Assembly (NCBI RefSeq): GCF_009914755.1
Contig: NC_060933.1
DNA length: 64,000 nucleotides
Reading direction: 5' to 3' (one strand)
From: the human T2T-CHM13v2.0 reference genome, Homo sapiens
Part shown: in pieces, positions 17,492-37,465 of the stretch
Position numbering within the stretch: the first letter of the stretch is position 1
Layout: each line of letters opens with the position of its first letter
The notes under the pieces: model-generated
Told to the model about the DNA's origin: nothing
The model's input: the letters and a program-made list of their open reading frames with translations, nothing else
The model's database searches: none
Position numbers and translations under genes: made by a program

Positions 17492-18099
17492 TGAGTCCTA
17501 GTGCTGACAATTGGCTAGTCCTGAGCATTGCCAAATGGTACACTAGATCTCAGATCTTTCCTAGGAAGAAAAGGAGAGGAGAGAGTGTAGAAGCCTGCAA
17601 CTGGACCAATCACTTTCTTGGAAGAAGCTGAAATTTTAACCTAGAAGGAGTTGTGTTTGCTTTGAATTGGTCAGATTACCTTTTCTTCTATTAGAAGTAA
17701 TCAAAGCTCATATGAGTTGGGCTCAGTTTGATTGGAGAAAAATAAAGAATCACATTTTTGCACGTGTGTATTGCATTAAGATGATTATCATCATGGTAAC
17801 AAGAAAAAGAGTACAGAAAATAAATCTTCATGTAGTTAGAGGTATGCTGAATACACATTTTGGCTAATTGCCAAATGGCCATGGGGTAAAATAGATATTC
17901 TGCTGAGGACAGCAATCATATTTCAGGATGAACCTCTGGCCTCTAAAAATAAATCCAAGAATATTAACTTAAAAGTCATTATTACGAAAATTTTGTTTTA
18001 AACAATCTTAGTAATCAAAATGTTTGACATTACAGTGTAGGAATGAAAGTTTCTCAGCACTGCCAGCCTGTCACTTGTCTGCATTTTTGACTCTGAACA

Positions 18100-18185
18100 T
18101 ATATGACCACCATATACAGTTGCACAGGTTATACACTACACAATACTAGTAGTGCCATTCACTATGTGGGGGTCTGTAAATAGGC
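18100..18185. mobile_element. MER91C-like hAT MITE fragment
   Basis: cagttgcacaggttatacactacacaa..gtgccattcac resembles one arm of MER91. Confidence 0.5.
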
Positions 18186-18223
18186 ATTTTCTCTGTTGCT
18201 TTCTTCTCTTCTTAATATTCTTT

Positions 18224-18512
<289 letters not shown>

Positions 18513-19539
18513 TTCTTTATATTCTTTATTACCTCTGGAATTAAAGTTGGCTCATCATGGGTGTTATTATATATAATTTAAAAATATTCCTATCTGTGAA
18601 ATGTTGAAGTGTAAAGTCAGTATTCTACTTTTAGTTTCCCCTATAAGATGAGAATTCATAAACAAGAATCTCCCTGTATATATTCATGGCCCAAATGACA
18701 ATGGATCGGATTACATCAAATTCTTAAGAATTTAAGAATGTAATAACTTAAGGTTATTTTCTGTAAAGTTATAAACAAAAGTATATCAAACAATTTTGCA
18801 GATATTAGAATTATGGTCTAATCTAATCTTGAATAACATGCTCTTTATTATTTAAATTTTTATAAGATATATTGGCTCAAAAAGTATGATACTCTTCTTG
18901 GATGTTTCCAGCTATTTTCCTCTCTTAATATTCTTAAGCATCAATCTATATTCCTGTTCATCTAAGTATTTAAAAATTGTTTTGTGCTTTTGTATATAAT
19001 TTTAGTGACATTAACAGTTGTCTTTAATTCTCATAGCATGTTAACTTACTGTAATAAATATGCATCTATTTCAACTAATAAAACTCCAATATATAAAGCA
19101 CATAAGGGTAATTTTCACTTTAAGTTACATGTTGAATGAAAGAAAATATTTAGACAGTCATAAAAATATCTGAGTGGTAGATCTTATTGGCATAACTGAA
19201 GTTGTTATGCTGGTTATGTGTGATGGTGGAGTACCTGAATATATGATCATTGGTCATTGACGACGTTAAAAATATGAGGAATGAGAGTGAAAAGAGCAAT
19301 CAGCTTTCTAGCTTTCCAAAGGCAAAGATTGAAACCAGAGCCAAAGAGCAAATTTTGGCAGAATATCAAGGCAGAAGTCAACATAAGTGTATCTATACTC
19401 ATTGTCTGAAAATATTACTCTTCTGCATAAACTTAAAGATAAGTGCAGTGTGACTATTATGTATCTATAAAAATTTTAAATAAAAATAATAAGTGTATTA
19501 TTCTGTAAAAACTCATAGACATTAGGGCAGAAGAAGTAG

Positions 19540-19680
19540 CTAAGATGTACTGAGAACTTACTATCTGGTTAGTATGCTGAAAATTTTACTTTTCATTATC
19601 CAGTTTAATCCTTTGACAACCATGAAGTCTGTATTATTATTATGCCCAGCTCATCGATGAGGAAATTGGAAAATAAATTT
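19540..19680 (-). mobile_element. MIR fragment
   Basis: tttaatcct..acaacc.tgaag..tattattat..ccc..gatgaggaaa.tg core. Confidence 0.65.
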
Positions 19681-20704
19681 TAAAAAGATTATACTCATTG
19701 TGGGAGATCCATTCCAGTTTAGTTTAATCTGTGTGAGATGAGTCAACCCACTGAGATCAGGAATTTGCCATAGGCACCAGGTTTCCACAGAGAGAAGGGA
19801 GAGAAAAATGAACGTGTATCCACATCAGGGCTCATAATCTAACCTAACAGCTAGGAAGTGTGGGGCAGAGTGAAGGCACAGGGAATGTAGGTCAAAAGCA
19901 AGAAGTGGGATTGATGAGACCAGAGAGCAGGAGACAGAGTTAGGAAGCAAAGCTCCAGTTTCCTGAATAGATGTTTTTCACATTCCTGCAGCCATTACCT
20001 TGAGTTCTGCTGTTCTTATCTCTTTCCTGGACCATTGCTCAAGACTAGAGATGAGAATCTTAAACTTAGGTGGAGAGGCTAGAGAGTATATAATGCAAAG
20101 GTCTCAAAGAGTCAAAATGACTCAAACATTTCCCACCTAGCACAGCATATATGGTTTCGCATATGCAATCTAACTAAACATGAAAGTTTGAGAACTACTG
20201 AGCTAACATCAAAGCAGGAAGAAAAAGAAAGTCCATATGTCCGAGTGGTCATGCCAGGCTAGCTTTAAGATGACTATCAATTCCCATGTGTTGATGGCAA
20301 ATAGGTGGGGAGTTCCAAAGTGTTTATTTGGTTTCATTAATATTAAACCTCTGTACCTTTAATGCATGCTAAGAGATTTTTTCTTTCTTGTTCTGGTTGT
20401 AAGGATTAAGAAGTCACATCTTACAAGGGGATTCAGTTGTAAAGTCTGAGCGTAAATTAAACTAAAGTTGCTGTTCTCTCAACTGTCTGAAATTTTCTGT
20501 CTAGAATGCAAATCTGATTACATCAAATTCCTGTATAAAATCCTTCCATTGACTGAGCTGCTGATCTTTGATGTCATTGCCAGAAATTACAAGGGACAAT
20601 AGATGGATCAAAAGGCCAACCCCATCCCCAGTGGAGAGACGTTCCACGGCCCTTCCTCCCCGACATATAAACATGTGACCTGAGGGGCACTGCTGGGTCA
20701 TAGT

Positions 20705-20796
20705 CTGGGATGTGGATCCCTTTACATTAGTTAAGCTACATGGACAGCTCAGCTAATGGCTACAGCCTCAATCACCATAGACGGTATAGTCCAAGG
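20705..20796 (+). repeat. Copy A of an unexplained local direct repeat
   Basis: ~87% identical to 22119-22211 by manual alignment. Confidence 0.9.
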
Positions 20797-22118
20797 TGCC
20801 CTGACATCAGGAATAGTATATGAATTTGTATGGCTCATATTGAAACAAGGGTGTGCCAGTCCATGTGTTTGTACACTTACAAGAGAATTTGGTGGGGTGT
20901 GGGTCAGGAGTTGTTCACATTTGGGAACAGCTATTGATGGTGTCAGGCGTGAGCCTTTTTAAAATCTGGCTCCTGTCAACTCTCTGACATCATCCTCTGC
21001 GCCTACCCACGCTCATCGTTTACTCTCACCACGTGGAGCAGCCTGTGCCCTGGACAGCTCCTCCATTCCTTCGCACACTCAGCACTTCCTTCTGCAATTC
21101 TCTTCCTCGGTCTTCCCTTTAGAACTTTTATTTGATGATCACCTCAAATGACTTTTCTACCAATTGTTCTTTCCTGATCTACTGCTCCTCTCTAAAGCCC
21201 GGTTTCTTCTTCTTTTGACATCTCACTTAAGTCAAAAGTCATTTTTCTTAACTGTAATTCAACTATTTGCAGGAAGGAAGGAAGAAAGCAGGGGGGATGG
21301 TAAGAGGGGAACTGGAACAACAGGCGGAAGGAAGTGGGGAGGGAAAGAAGGAAGCTAGGCGGGAAGCAGGGAGGGAGGAAAGGTGGAGAGAAATAGTTTA
21401 GGTTGGGGGATAAAGACTATTTTAAGTGTAATCTGTGAGGCTGGTTTCTCTACGGGTAGATCAGAGGGTCAAAAAGATTATTTCTCCAGCTATAGCTCTT
21501 CACTGTCCAGAAGTCCATAAAGTTTCCTCTAGAACATCTGAAGTCATGCATCACTCATTTCTCAAGGGTTTCTTACAACCTGTTCCCATGTCTAGTCAGG
21601 TTTGCATTTTCAACTTTTTTTTAATTTTCAGAAGTTTGGCTCTATTCTCTGTGAACATTGACCCTGGCCTTATCAAGACGAGAGAGAGCTTTCAACTCCA
21701 CCCTGCCCTGAAATACTCATAAAGCCTCCTACATGACTTTAACTGTGAAGGTAACCATGTTCTTTCCTCCTCTCTTCATCTTCCAGGAATGGGCAATAAG
21801 AGGATTTCTTTGGCAGAGCAAACATCCCTTCACTTATTTATGAATTCACACATCCCCTCATCCATTCACTCACTCACTCAGCAAACATTCATGGAGTTGT
21901 CCTAAATGGAAGTCATTTGCCAGGAGCTGCATCATCAACTTAGCTTAGAGATATGAATCATGCTTTGAATCTTCCTTTCAAAGACACTTTTCTCTTGCCC
22001 TCTTCCTGTCACAAAAACCCACATAACTGTTTGTTATCTTATTTCCTTTGCTGGTCTTTGTCTTTTGTTTCGGAACAATTTTTGATTAAAAAGAAAAATT
22101 TAACCAGACAACAATGGC

Positions 22119-22211
22119 CTGGGATTTGGATCCCTTTACATTAGTTAAGCCACATGGACAGCGTAACCTAATGGCTGCAGCCTCAATCACCACAGATGAC
22201 GTAATCCAAGG
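22119..22211 (+). repeat. Copy B of an unexplained local direct repeat
   Basis: Shares the perfect 24-mer tggatccctttacattagttaagc with copy A. Confidence 0.9.
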
Positions 22212-23120
22212 CAACTGATGTGGCTGCAAAATAGAGGACTACTGGCTGCAATAGGCAGCCATGTCAGTTGTGGGAGCATCTATTTAGTGCTGAATATACT
22301 TTTCAAACTTTAAAGCAAACTTTTGCTAAGTATCCCTTCTCTAAGCCAGTGCTTTAGAAACGTTTTGCCACACCCATTGGCAGGAGTGCTTTGTTCCTTC
22401 AGTTTTCTATTTTAGGTTTTTGTCTCCCAGAAAAAGTGCTGTCATGGGATGTGATTTCAGGTAGTCTGTTTGAGGTGATTCCAGGATCCATCAGTAAGGG
22501 AGTGAGAAAGTGAGACAGTTAAGGGAAGGAAGAAAAAAAAAAAAAAAGGCAGACTATGTAACTGGTGGCCACCTGATGTGAAATCTCACTGGGGGATTCC
22601 TTTTTTAAAAAACTGACTACAGGTGGAGCCAAGATGGCCGAATAGGAACAGCTCCAGTCTACGGCTCCCAGTGTGAGTGATGCAGAAGATGGGTGATTTC
22701 TGCATTTCCAAATGAGCTTTGAAGAGAGTAGTGGTTCTCCCAGCACGCAGCTTGAGATCTGAGAACGGACAGGCTGCCTTCTCAAGTGGGCCCCTGACCC
22801 CCGAGTAGCCTAACTGGGAGGCACCCCCCAATAGGGGCAGACTGACACCTCACACGGCCAGGTACTCCTCTGAGACAAAACTTCCAGAGGAATGATCACG
22901 CAGCAACATTTGCTGTTCACCATATCCACTGTTCTGTAGCCTCCACTGCTGATAACCAGGCAAACAGGGTCTGGAGTGGACCTCCAGCAAAATCCAACAG
23001 ACCTGCAGCTGAGGGTCCTGACTGTTAGAAGGAAAACTAACAAACAGAAAGGACATCCACACCAAAACCCCACCTGTACGTCACCATCATCAAAGACCAA
23101 AGGTAGGTAAAACCACAAAG

Positions 23121-24137
23121 ATGGGGAAAAAACAGAGCAGAAAAACCGGAAACTCTAAAAATCAGAGTGCCTCTCCTCCTCCAAAGGAACACATCTCCTC
23201 ACCAGCAACGGAACAAAGCTGGATGGAGAATGACTTTGACGAGTTGAGAGAAGAAGGCTTCAGATGATCAAACTACTCCGAGCTAAAGGAGGAAGTTCGA
23301 ACCCAGGGCAAAGAAGTTAAAAACCTTGAAAAAAAATTAGATGAATGGCTAACTAGAATAACAAATGCAGAGAAGTCATTAAAGGACCTCATGGAGCTGA
23401 AAACCAAGGCATGAGAACTACATGATGAATGCACAAGACTCAGTAGCCAATACAATCAACTGGAAGAAAGGGTATCAGTGATGGAAGATCAAGTGAATGA
23501 AATGAAGTGAGAAGAGAAGTTCAGAGAAAAAAGAGAAAAAAGAAACAAACAAAGCCTCCAAGAAATAAGGGACTATGAGAAAAGACCAAATCTACGTCTG
23601 ATTGGTGTACCTGAAAGTGACGGGGAGAATGGAACCAAGTTGGAAAACACTCTGCAGGATATTATCCAGGAGAACTTCCCCAATCTAGCAAGGCAGGACA
23701 ACATTCAAATTCAGGAAATACAGAGAATGCCACAAAGATACTCCTCAAGAAGAGCAACTCCAAGACACATAATTGTCAGATTCACCAAAGTTGAAAGGAA
23801 GGAAAAAATGTTAAGGGCAGCCAGAGAGAAAGGTCAGGTTACCCACAAAGGGAAGCCCATCAGACTAACAGCTGATCTCTCAGCAGAAACTCTACAAGCC
23901 AGAAGAAAGTGGGGGCCGATATTCAACATTCTTAAAGAAAAGAGTTTTCAACCCAGAATTTCATATCCAGCCAAAATAAGGTTCATAAGTGAAGGAGAAA
24001 TAAAATACTTTACAGACAAGCTAATGCTGAGAGATTTTGTCACCACCAGGCCTGCCCTACAAGAGCTCCTGAAGGAAGCACTAAACATGGAAAGGAACAA
24101 CTGGTACCAGCCACTGCAAAAAGATGCCAAATTGTAA
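23121..24137 (+). pseudogene. L1 ORF1p remnant (L1-B)
   Basis: ATG GGG AAA AAA CAG at 23121; several CGA>TGA-type stops; C-terminal ..QPLQKDAKL*. Confidence 0.93.
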
Positions 24138-24200
24138 AGACCATTGAGGCTAGGAAGAAACTGCATCAATTCACGAGAAAAATAACCAGCTAACATCATA

Positions 24201-28037
<3,837 letters not shown>

Positions 28038-28256
28038 ACAATGGGAACACATGGATATAGGAAGGGGAACATAACACACTGGGGCCTGTTGTGGGGTGGG
28101 GGAAAGGGGGAGGGATAGCATTAGGAGATATACCTAACGTTAAATGACTAGTTACTGGGTGCAGCACACCAACATGGCACATGTATACATATGTAACTAA
28201 CCTGGATGTTGTGCACATGTACCCTAAAACTTAAAGTATAATTAAAAAAAATTTTA

Positions 28257-28858
<602 letters not shown>

Positions 28859-29145
28859 CACTGGGGAATTCTGGGAAATATTGTATAACATGTACCTTAG
28901 AGGTGTGAGTGCTGGGGTAGTCATTCTCACTTTTGGTTTTGGTTGAGGGCTGCTTCTAGGGACATCAACTCCTGGCACTTTGGCTCACCCTGTGGTTGAG
29001 GCATGGGCTGACAGGCTCCTGAAGCCAGAGGAAGTCCTTGGGCGAAGTCACAGGAGCTTGTAATTAGGAGCCATGAGTTGGTGTGCATTAGGATGGAAAG
29101 TGTTAAGTGAATATAGGCTCTGTATTGTATGTTTACGATAGTGGC

Positions 29146-29563
29146 TGCTACAGTTTGAATGTACGTGTTCCTCTAAAATTCATGTTCTTGAAGTTGAACC
29201 CCAAGATGATGATATTAAGAGGTGGGGCCATAGGAGGTGATTAGGTCCTAAGGGCTCTGCCCTCATGAGGGATTAGTGCCTTATAAAAGGGCTCGAGGGA
29301 ACTAGGTAGGCCCTTTTGCCTTTCCACTCCTTCTGCCATGTGAAGATGCAGTGCTTGTCCCTTTTGCTGTTCCCCCTTCTGCCATGTGGGGATGCTGCCA
29401 TGGAAAGACATCACTGATAGAACAGGCCCTCGTCAGACAGACACTGAACCTATCGGTGCCTTGGTCTTGGACTTCCCAGCCTCCAGAACCATAAGAAATA
29501 AATTTATATTATTTGTAAATTACCCAGTCTGTAGTATTTTGCTATAGCAGCAGGAATGGACAC
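29146..29563 (+). mobile_element. MSTC/MSTD-like MaLR solo LTR
   Basis: tgcta..gtttgaatgt start; ttggacttcccagcctccagaac..agaaataaat; tatagcagca end. Confidence 0.8.
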
Positions 29564-29869
29564 AGTTCCCAGTTCCCAAAACGGGAGTTGGCTGTTACAC
29601 ATGAAACATTATTATTATTATTTTCTTGTCATCATTCTAGCTATAATATATATTACAAAAATCTGTAGTCACTTATTTTTCTTTTATTCCCTTCACTTTG
29701 ATCAATTAATTTTTTTCTTTCTCCATTCATCTTACTGTACCTTTATATTTATTTATAGTCATTTTCCCCATAAAAGTTTTGTTTTCTTTCTTCTTCTTAT
29801 ATTTATTTCTAAAGTTTTGTTTTCTTAGTCCCTCTTCTTTGCTGGCTTCACCTCCTCTGAAGAATATAC

Positions 29870-30050
29870 ACTGCCTGGGATAAAATCCTGGCTTTATTCT
29901 TTATTAGTAATATGGTCTTGGAAAAGTCATTTAACCACTTTGTGCCTCAGGTTTCTCCTCATAAAATGGAGATAATGAGTGCCTATCTCAGGAGATTTTG
30001 TGAGGACTAAGAGATTAGTATGTAAAGTGTATATGTACTAATTGTGGTAA
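29870..30050 (+). mobile_element. MIR
   Basis: aagtcatttaacc..tgtgcctcaggtttctc..taaaatggagataat core. Confidence 0.75.
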
Positions 30051-30998
30051 GCAGAGAGGTTCAATTGCTGAAAAAGACTCATAGGACCCAAAATGACCAA
30101 GCTTGCACATCTACAGTGTATTGCAATAGAAGAATACAACATAGCAACAGCATTGAAGATATGCATTACAACCAAAGGCTACCTTACAGAGGGGTTTGGA
30201 GAGGCCAGGTGTGAGCTCCTGACCTCCCTCCATGAAAGCCAAGGTAGGCTCTTTCTCTCTTTGATTAGGAATAATTAGCATGTGCACAAAACACCCTGAG
30301 GACAGGAACACCAAAATGGAGTCCTGGCAGGGGCTTCTTATACCCTGCTGGTCACTTAGGCTTTGTATTGTTTTGTTTTGTTTTGTTTGTTACTAAGCAA
30401 TTCAACAGCAAAGCCCTCTTGGGTGGCTGATATTGTTTGGCTCTGTGTCCCCACCCAAATCTCATCTTGAACTGTAATCCCTGCATGTTGAGGAAGGGAC
30501 CTGGTGGGAGGTGACTGCATCATGGGGATGGTTTTCTTCATGCTTTTCTCATGATAGTGAGTGAGTTCTCATGAGGTCTGATTGTTTTATACAGGGTTCT
30601 TCTCCTTTGGCTCTCCCTCTCCTACCACCTTGTGAAGAAGGTACCTGCTTCCCCTTCCACTGTGATTGTAAGTTTCCTGAGGGCTCCTCGGAACTGTGAG
30701 TCAATTAAACCTCTTTCCTTTATAAATTACTCAGTCTCTAGATAGCTGAATAGGAACAGCTCTGGTCTGCAGCTCCCAGCATGATCAACGCAGAGGATGG
30801 GTGATTTCTGCATTTCCAACTGAGGTACTGGGTTCATCTCAATGGGACTCATTGGACAGTGGGTGCAGCCCAAAGAGGACAAGCCAAAGGAGGGCGGGGC
30901 ATTGCCTCACCCAGGAAGCGCAAGAGGTCAGGGGATTTCCCTTTCCTAGCCAAGGGAAGCCATGACAGACTGTACCGGGAAAATCAGGACACTGCCAC

Positions 30999-31166
30999 CT
31001 AAATACAGTGCTTTTCCAAAGGTCTTAGCAAACGGCACACCAGGAGTTTATATGCTGGGCCTGGCTGAGCGGGTCCCATGCGCATGGAGCCTTGGTCACT
31101 GCTACTGCAGCAGTCTGAGATCAAACTGCGAGGTGGCAGCCTGGCTGGGGGAAGGGTGTCTGCCAT
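30999..31166 (-). CDS. L1 antisense ORF0 homologue, 55 aa, prematurely stopped; expression unknown
   Basis: MADTLPPARLPPRSLISDCCSSSDQGS.. aligns with L1HS ORF0 MAGAPPPASLPPCSLISDCCASNQRDS.. Confidence 0.5.
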   Translation of the reverse strand: MADTLPPARLPPRSLISDCCSSSDQGSMRMGPAQPGPAYKLLVCRLLRPLEKHCI

Positions 31167-31751
31167 TGCTAAGGCTTCAGTAGGTAAACAAAGTGGCCGA
31201 GAAACTCGAACTGGGTGGAGTCCACCACAGCTCAAGGAGGCCTGCCTGCCTCTGTACACTCCACCTCTGCGGGCAGGACATAGCTGAACAAAAGGCAGCA
31301 GAAACTTCTGCAGACTTAAACGTCCCTGTCTGACAGCTCTGAAGAGAGCAGTGGTTCTCCCAGCACAGTGTTTGAGCTCTGAGAATAGACAATCTGCCTC
31401 CTCAAGTGGGTCCCTGACTCCCATGTAGCCTAACTGGGAGACACCTCCCAGTAGGGGCAGACTGACACCTCATACAGCCAGTGCCCCTCTGAGATGAAGC
31501 TTCCAGAGGAAGGATCGGGCAGCCATATTTGCTGTTCTGCAATATTTGCTGTTCTGTAGCCTCCACTGGTGATACCCAGGCAAACAGGGTCTGGAGTGGA
31601 CCTCCAGCAAACTCCAACAGACCTGCAGCTGAGGGACCTGTTAGAAGGAAAACTAACAAACAGAATCAACATCAACAAAAAGGACATCCACACCAAAACC
31701 CCATCTGTAGGTCACCATCATCAAAGACCAAAGGTAGATAAAACCACAAAG

Positions 31752-32774
31752 ATGGGAAGAAACCAGAGCAGAAAATCTGAAAATTCTAAAAAACAGAGGG
31801 CCTCTTCTCCAAAGGATCACAGCTCCTCGCCAGCAATGGAACAAAACTGGATGGAGAATGAGTTTGATGAGTTGACAGAAGCAGGCTTCAGAAATCAGTA
31901 ATAACAAACTTCTCCAAGCTAAAGGAAGATGTCCAAACCCATCGCAAAGAAGCTAAAAACCTTGAAAAAATATTAGATGAATGGCTAACTAGAATAAACA
32001 GTGTAGAGAAGACCTTAAATGACCTGATGGAGCTGAAAACTATGGCACGAGAACATGATGCATGCACAAGCTACAGCAGCCAATTCAATCAAGTGGAAGA
32101 AAGGGTATCAGTGATTGAAGCGATAAGAGAAATGAATGAAATGAAGCGAGAAGAGAAGTTTAGAGAAAAAAGAGTGAAAAGAAATGAACAAAGCCTCCAA
32201 GAAATATGGGACTATGTGAAAAGACCAAATCTACGTTCGATTGGTGTACCTGAAACTGATGGGGAGAATGGAACCAAGCTGGAAAACACTCTTCAAGATA
32301 TTATCCAGGAGAACTTCCCCAATCTAGCAAGGCAGGACAACATTCAAATTCAGGAAATACAGAGAACACCACAAAGATACTCCTTGAGAAGAGCAACTCC
32401 AAGACACATAATTGTCAGATTCACCAAGGTTGAAATGAAGGAAAAAATGAAGGGCAGCCAGAGAGAAAGATCGAGTTACTGACAAAGGGAAGCCCATCAG
32501 ACTAATAGCTGATCTCTCGGCAGAAACTCTACAAGTCAGAAGAGAGTGGGGGCCAATATTCGACATTCTTAAAAAAAAGAATTTTCAACCCAGAATCTCA
32601 TATCCAGCCAAACTAAGCTTCATAAGTGAAGGAGAAATAAAATACTTTACAGACAAGCAAATGCTGAGAGATTTTATCACCACCAGGCCTGCCTTACAAG
32701 AGCTCCTGAAGGAAGCACTAAACATGGAAAGAAACAACCAGTACCAGCCACTGCAAAAACATGCCAAATTTTAA
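31752..32774 (+). pseudogene. L1 ORF1p remnant (L1-C)
   Basis: MGRNQSRKSENSK start; frameshifted pieces. Confidence 0.92.
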
Positions 32775-32837
32775 AGACCATCAATGCTAGGAAGAAACTG
32801 CATCAACTAATGGGCAAAATAACCAGCTAACATCATA

Positions 32838-35964
<3,127 letters not shown>

Positions 35965-37239
35965 ACAATGAGAACACTTGGACCCAGGGTGGGGAACATC
36001 ACACACCAGGGCCTGTCATGGGGTTGGGGTGATGGGGGAGGGATAGCATTAGGAGAAATACCTAATGTAAATGACGAGTTAAGGTGCAGCACACCAACAT
36101 GGCACACGTATACATATGTAACAAACCTGCACGTTGTGCACATGTACCCTAGAACTTAAAGTATAATATAAATAAATAAATAAACAAATTACTCAGTCTC
36201 GGGTATGTCTTTATAGCAGTGTGAAAATGGACTAATACAGTGGTGGTGAGCGGGATGGGGTGGGTATCTCACCAAGATTAGATACACATAATTTATCTCA
36301 TTATTAGCAATAAACAATGCTGACAAGCCATGCCCCAAATTCCTCAGACCCATAATTACAAAAAAAAAAAACAAAAACAACTCATGCCTGGGGCAGGCAT
36401 TAGCATTGTGCAAGTTTATTTCCTATTTCAGTAAAACAAGTCAGGGCAATTTCAGTCTTGCTGGAATTCACCGTCACATCACAGTCTAGAACATGGTAAG
36501 TCCTCAGCAAACATAAGCTATTACGATTATCATTATTGATATGATTATCTCACTATTAGGTTGAGCTATATGAAATTGCTGCTTTTGTAAATAAAAAATG
36601 GCTGACTATCAGCAATATAATATAGTTCAATCTAACACATTTAGTATTTTAACTGTTGTGAACAGTGCCCTGAACTCCTTGTTTTCTTTATTGTCCTGTC
36701 CCATTGGAAGGGGACCGCTCAATATAATCCTTTTGGGTTTTAAATTGAAAGTATTTCTTTCTTGTGAAGTCCCCAGGGGTACATAGAATTCTCTCACAAC
36801 AATGATCTTTGGAAACAGAATGAAAAACTACTTATTATGCAGATGATATTCACAAAATCAAGACCAACTAGAGTTCTTAGACATTATCCAGAAACCTGGC
36901 TTTACAGATGAGGAACTCAAGGTGCACGTGGCTTAACTGATTATCCTAAGGTGTTATCCCTGAAGGAATCATCTTGAATCCAGCTCTAGAGTTTAACCCA
37001 GGATTCCACACTGCTGTGCAGAGCAGGATCTCATGGTAATTAATTGATGTAGTACAGGGTTCATGCTGCTGACTGAACCCATAGGATAATTTTTTATGCA
37101 CCAAGAGTGGAGTTCTACTGGTTTAATTAACTGTAGAGACGTTTAGGGACAAGGTTCACATCCTCTCAGTAAGATGTCGTTGGGAGGAAGAAAGGAATTC
37201 AATTTGGACCCTCAATCCCATAATTGCTTTTAATTAAAT

Positions 37240-37465
37240 CTGATGTCATAGAAGAGTGATGGCTTTGAGGCTAGACAATCTGGGATTCAAGTTTTCTTAC
37301 TGAATCTCTGTGGTTTTGAAAGTCTATTGACTTCTCTGTTCTCATTTTCCTCATCCGGAAACCCAAAGTAGTAACGTCTAACTTCTAGGGCTGTTTTCAG
37401 GATTAGCACAATTCCTAGCACATTGTAACTGCTCAAAAAATACTTGCTGTAATTATTATTATTTA
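37240..37465 (+). mobile_element. MIR
   Basis: ggctttgagg..agac..tgggattcaa..cttctctg..ctcattttcctcatc..tattattatt. Confidence 0.7.

Noticed and set aside
18718-18733. 16-bp perfect palindrome aaattcttaagaattt
   Set aside because: About one or more is expected by chance in 64 kb of AT-rich DNA.
36432-36501. Apparent 64-nt exon ending in ATG|GTAAGT
   Set aside because: The donor lies in a decayed MIR 3' end (cacatagtaagcgctcaataaa-like); no other support.
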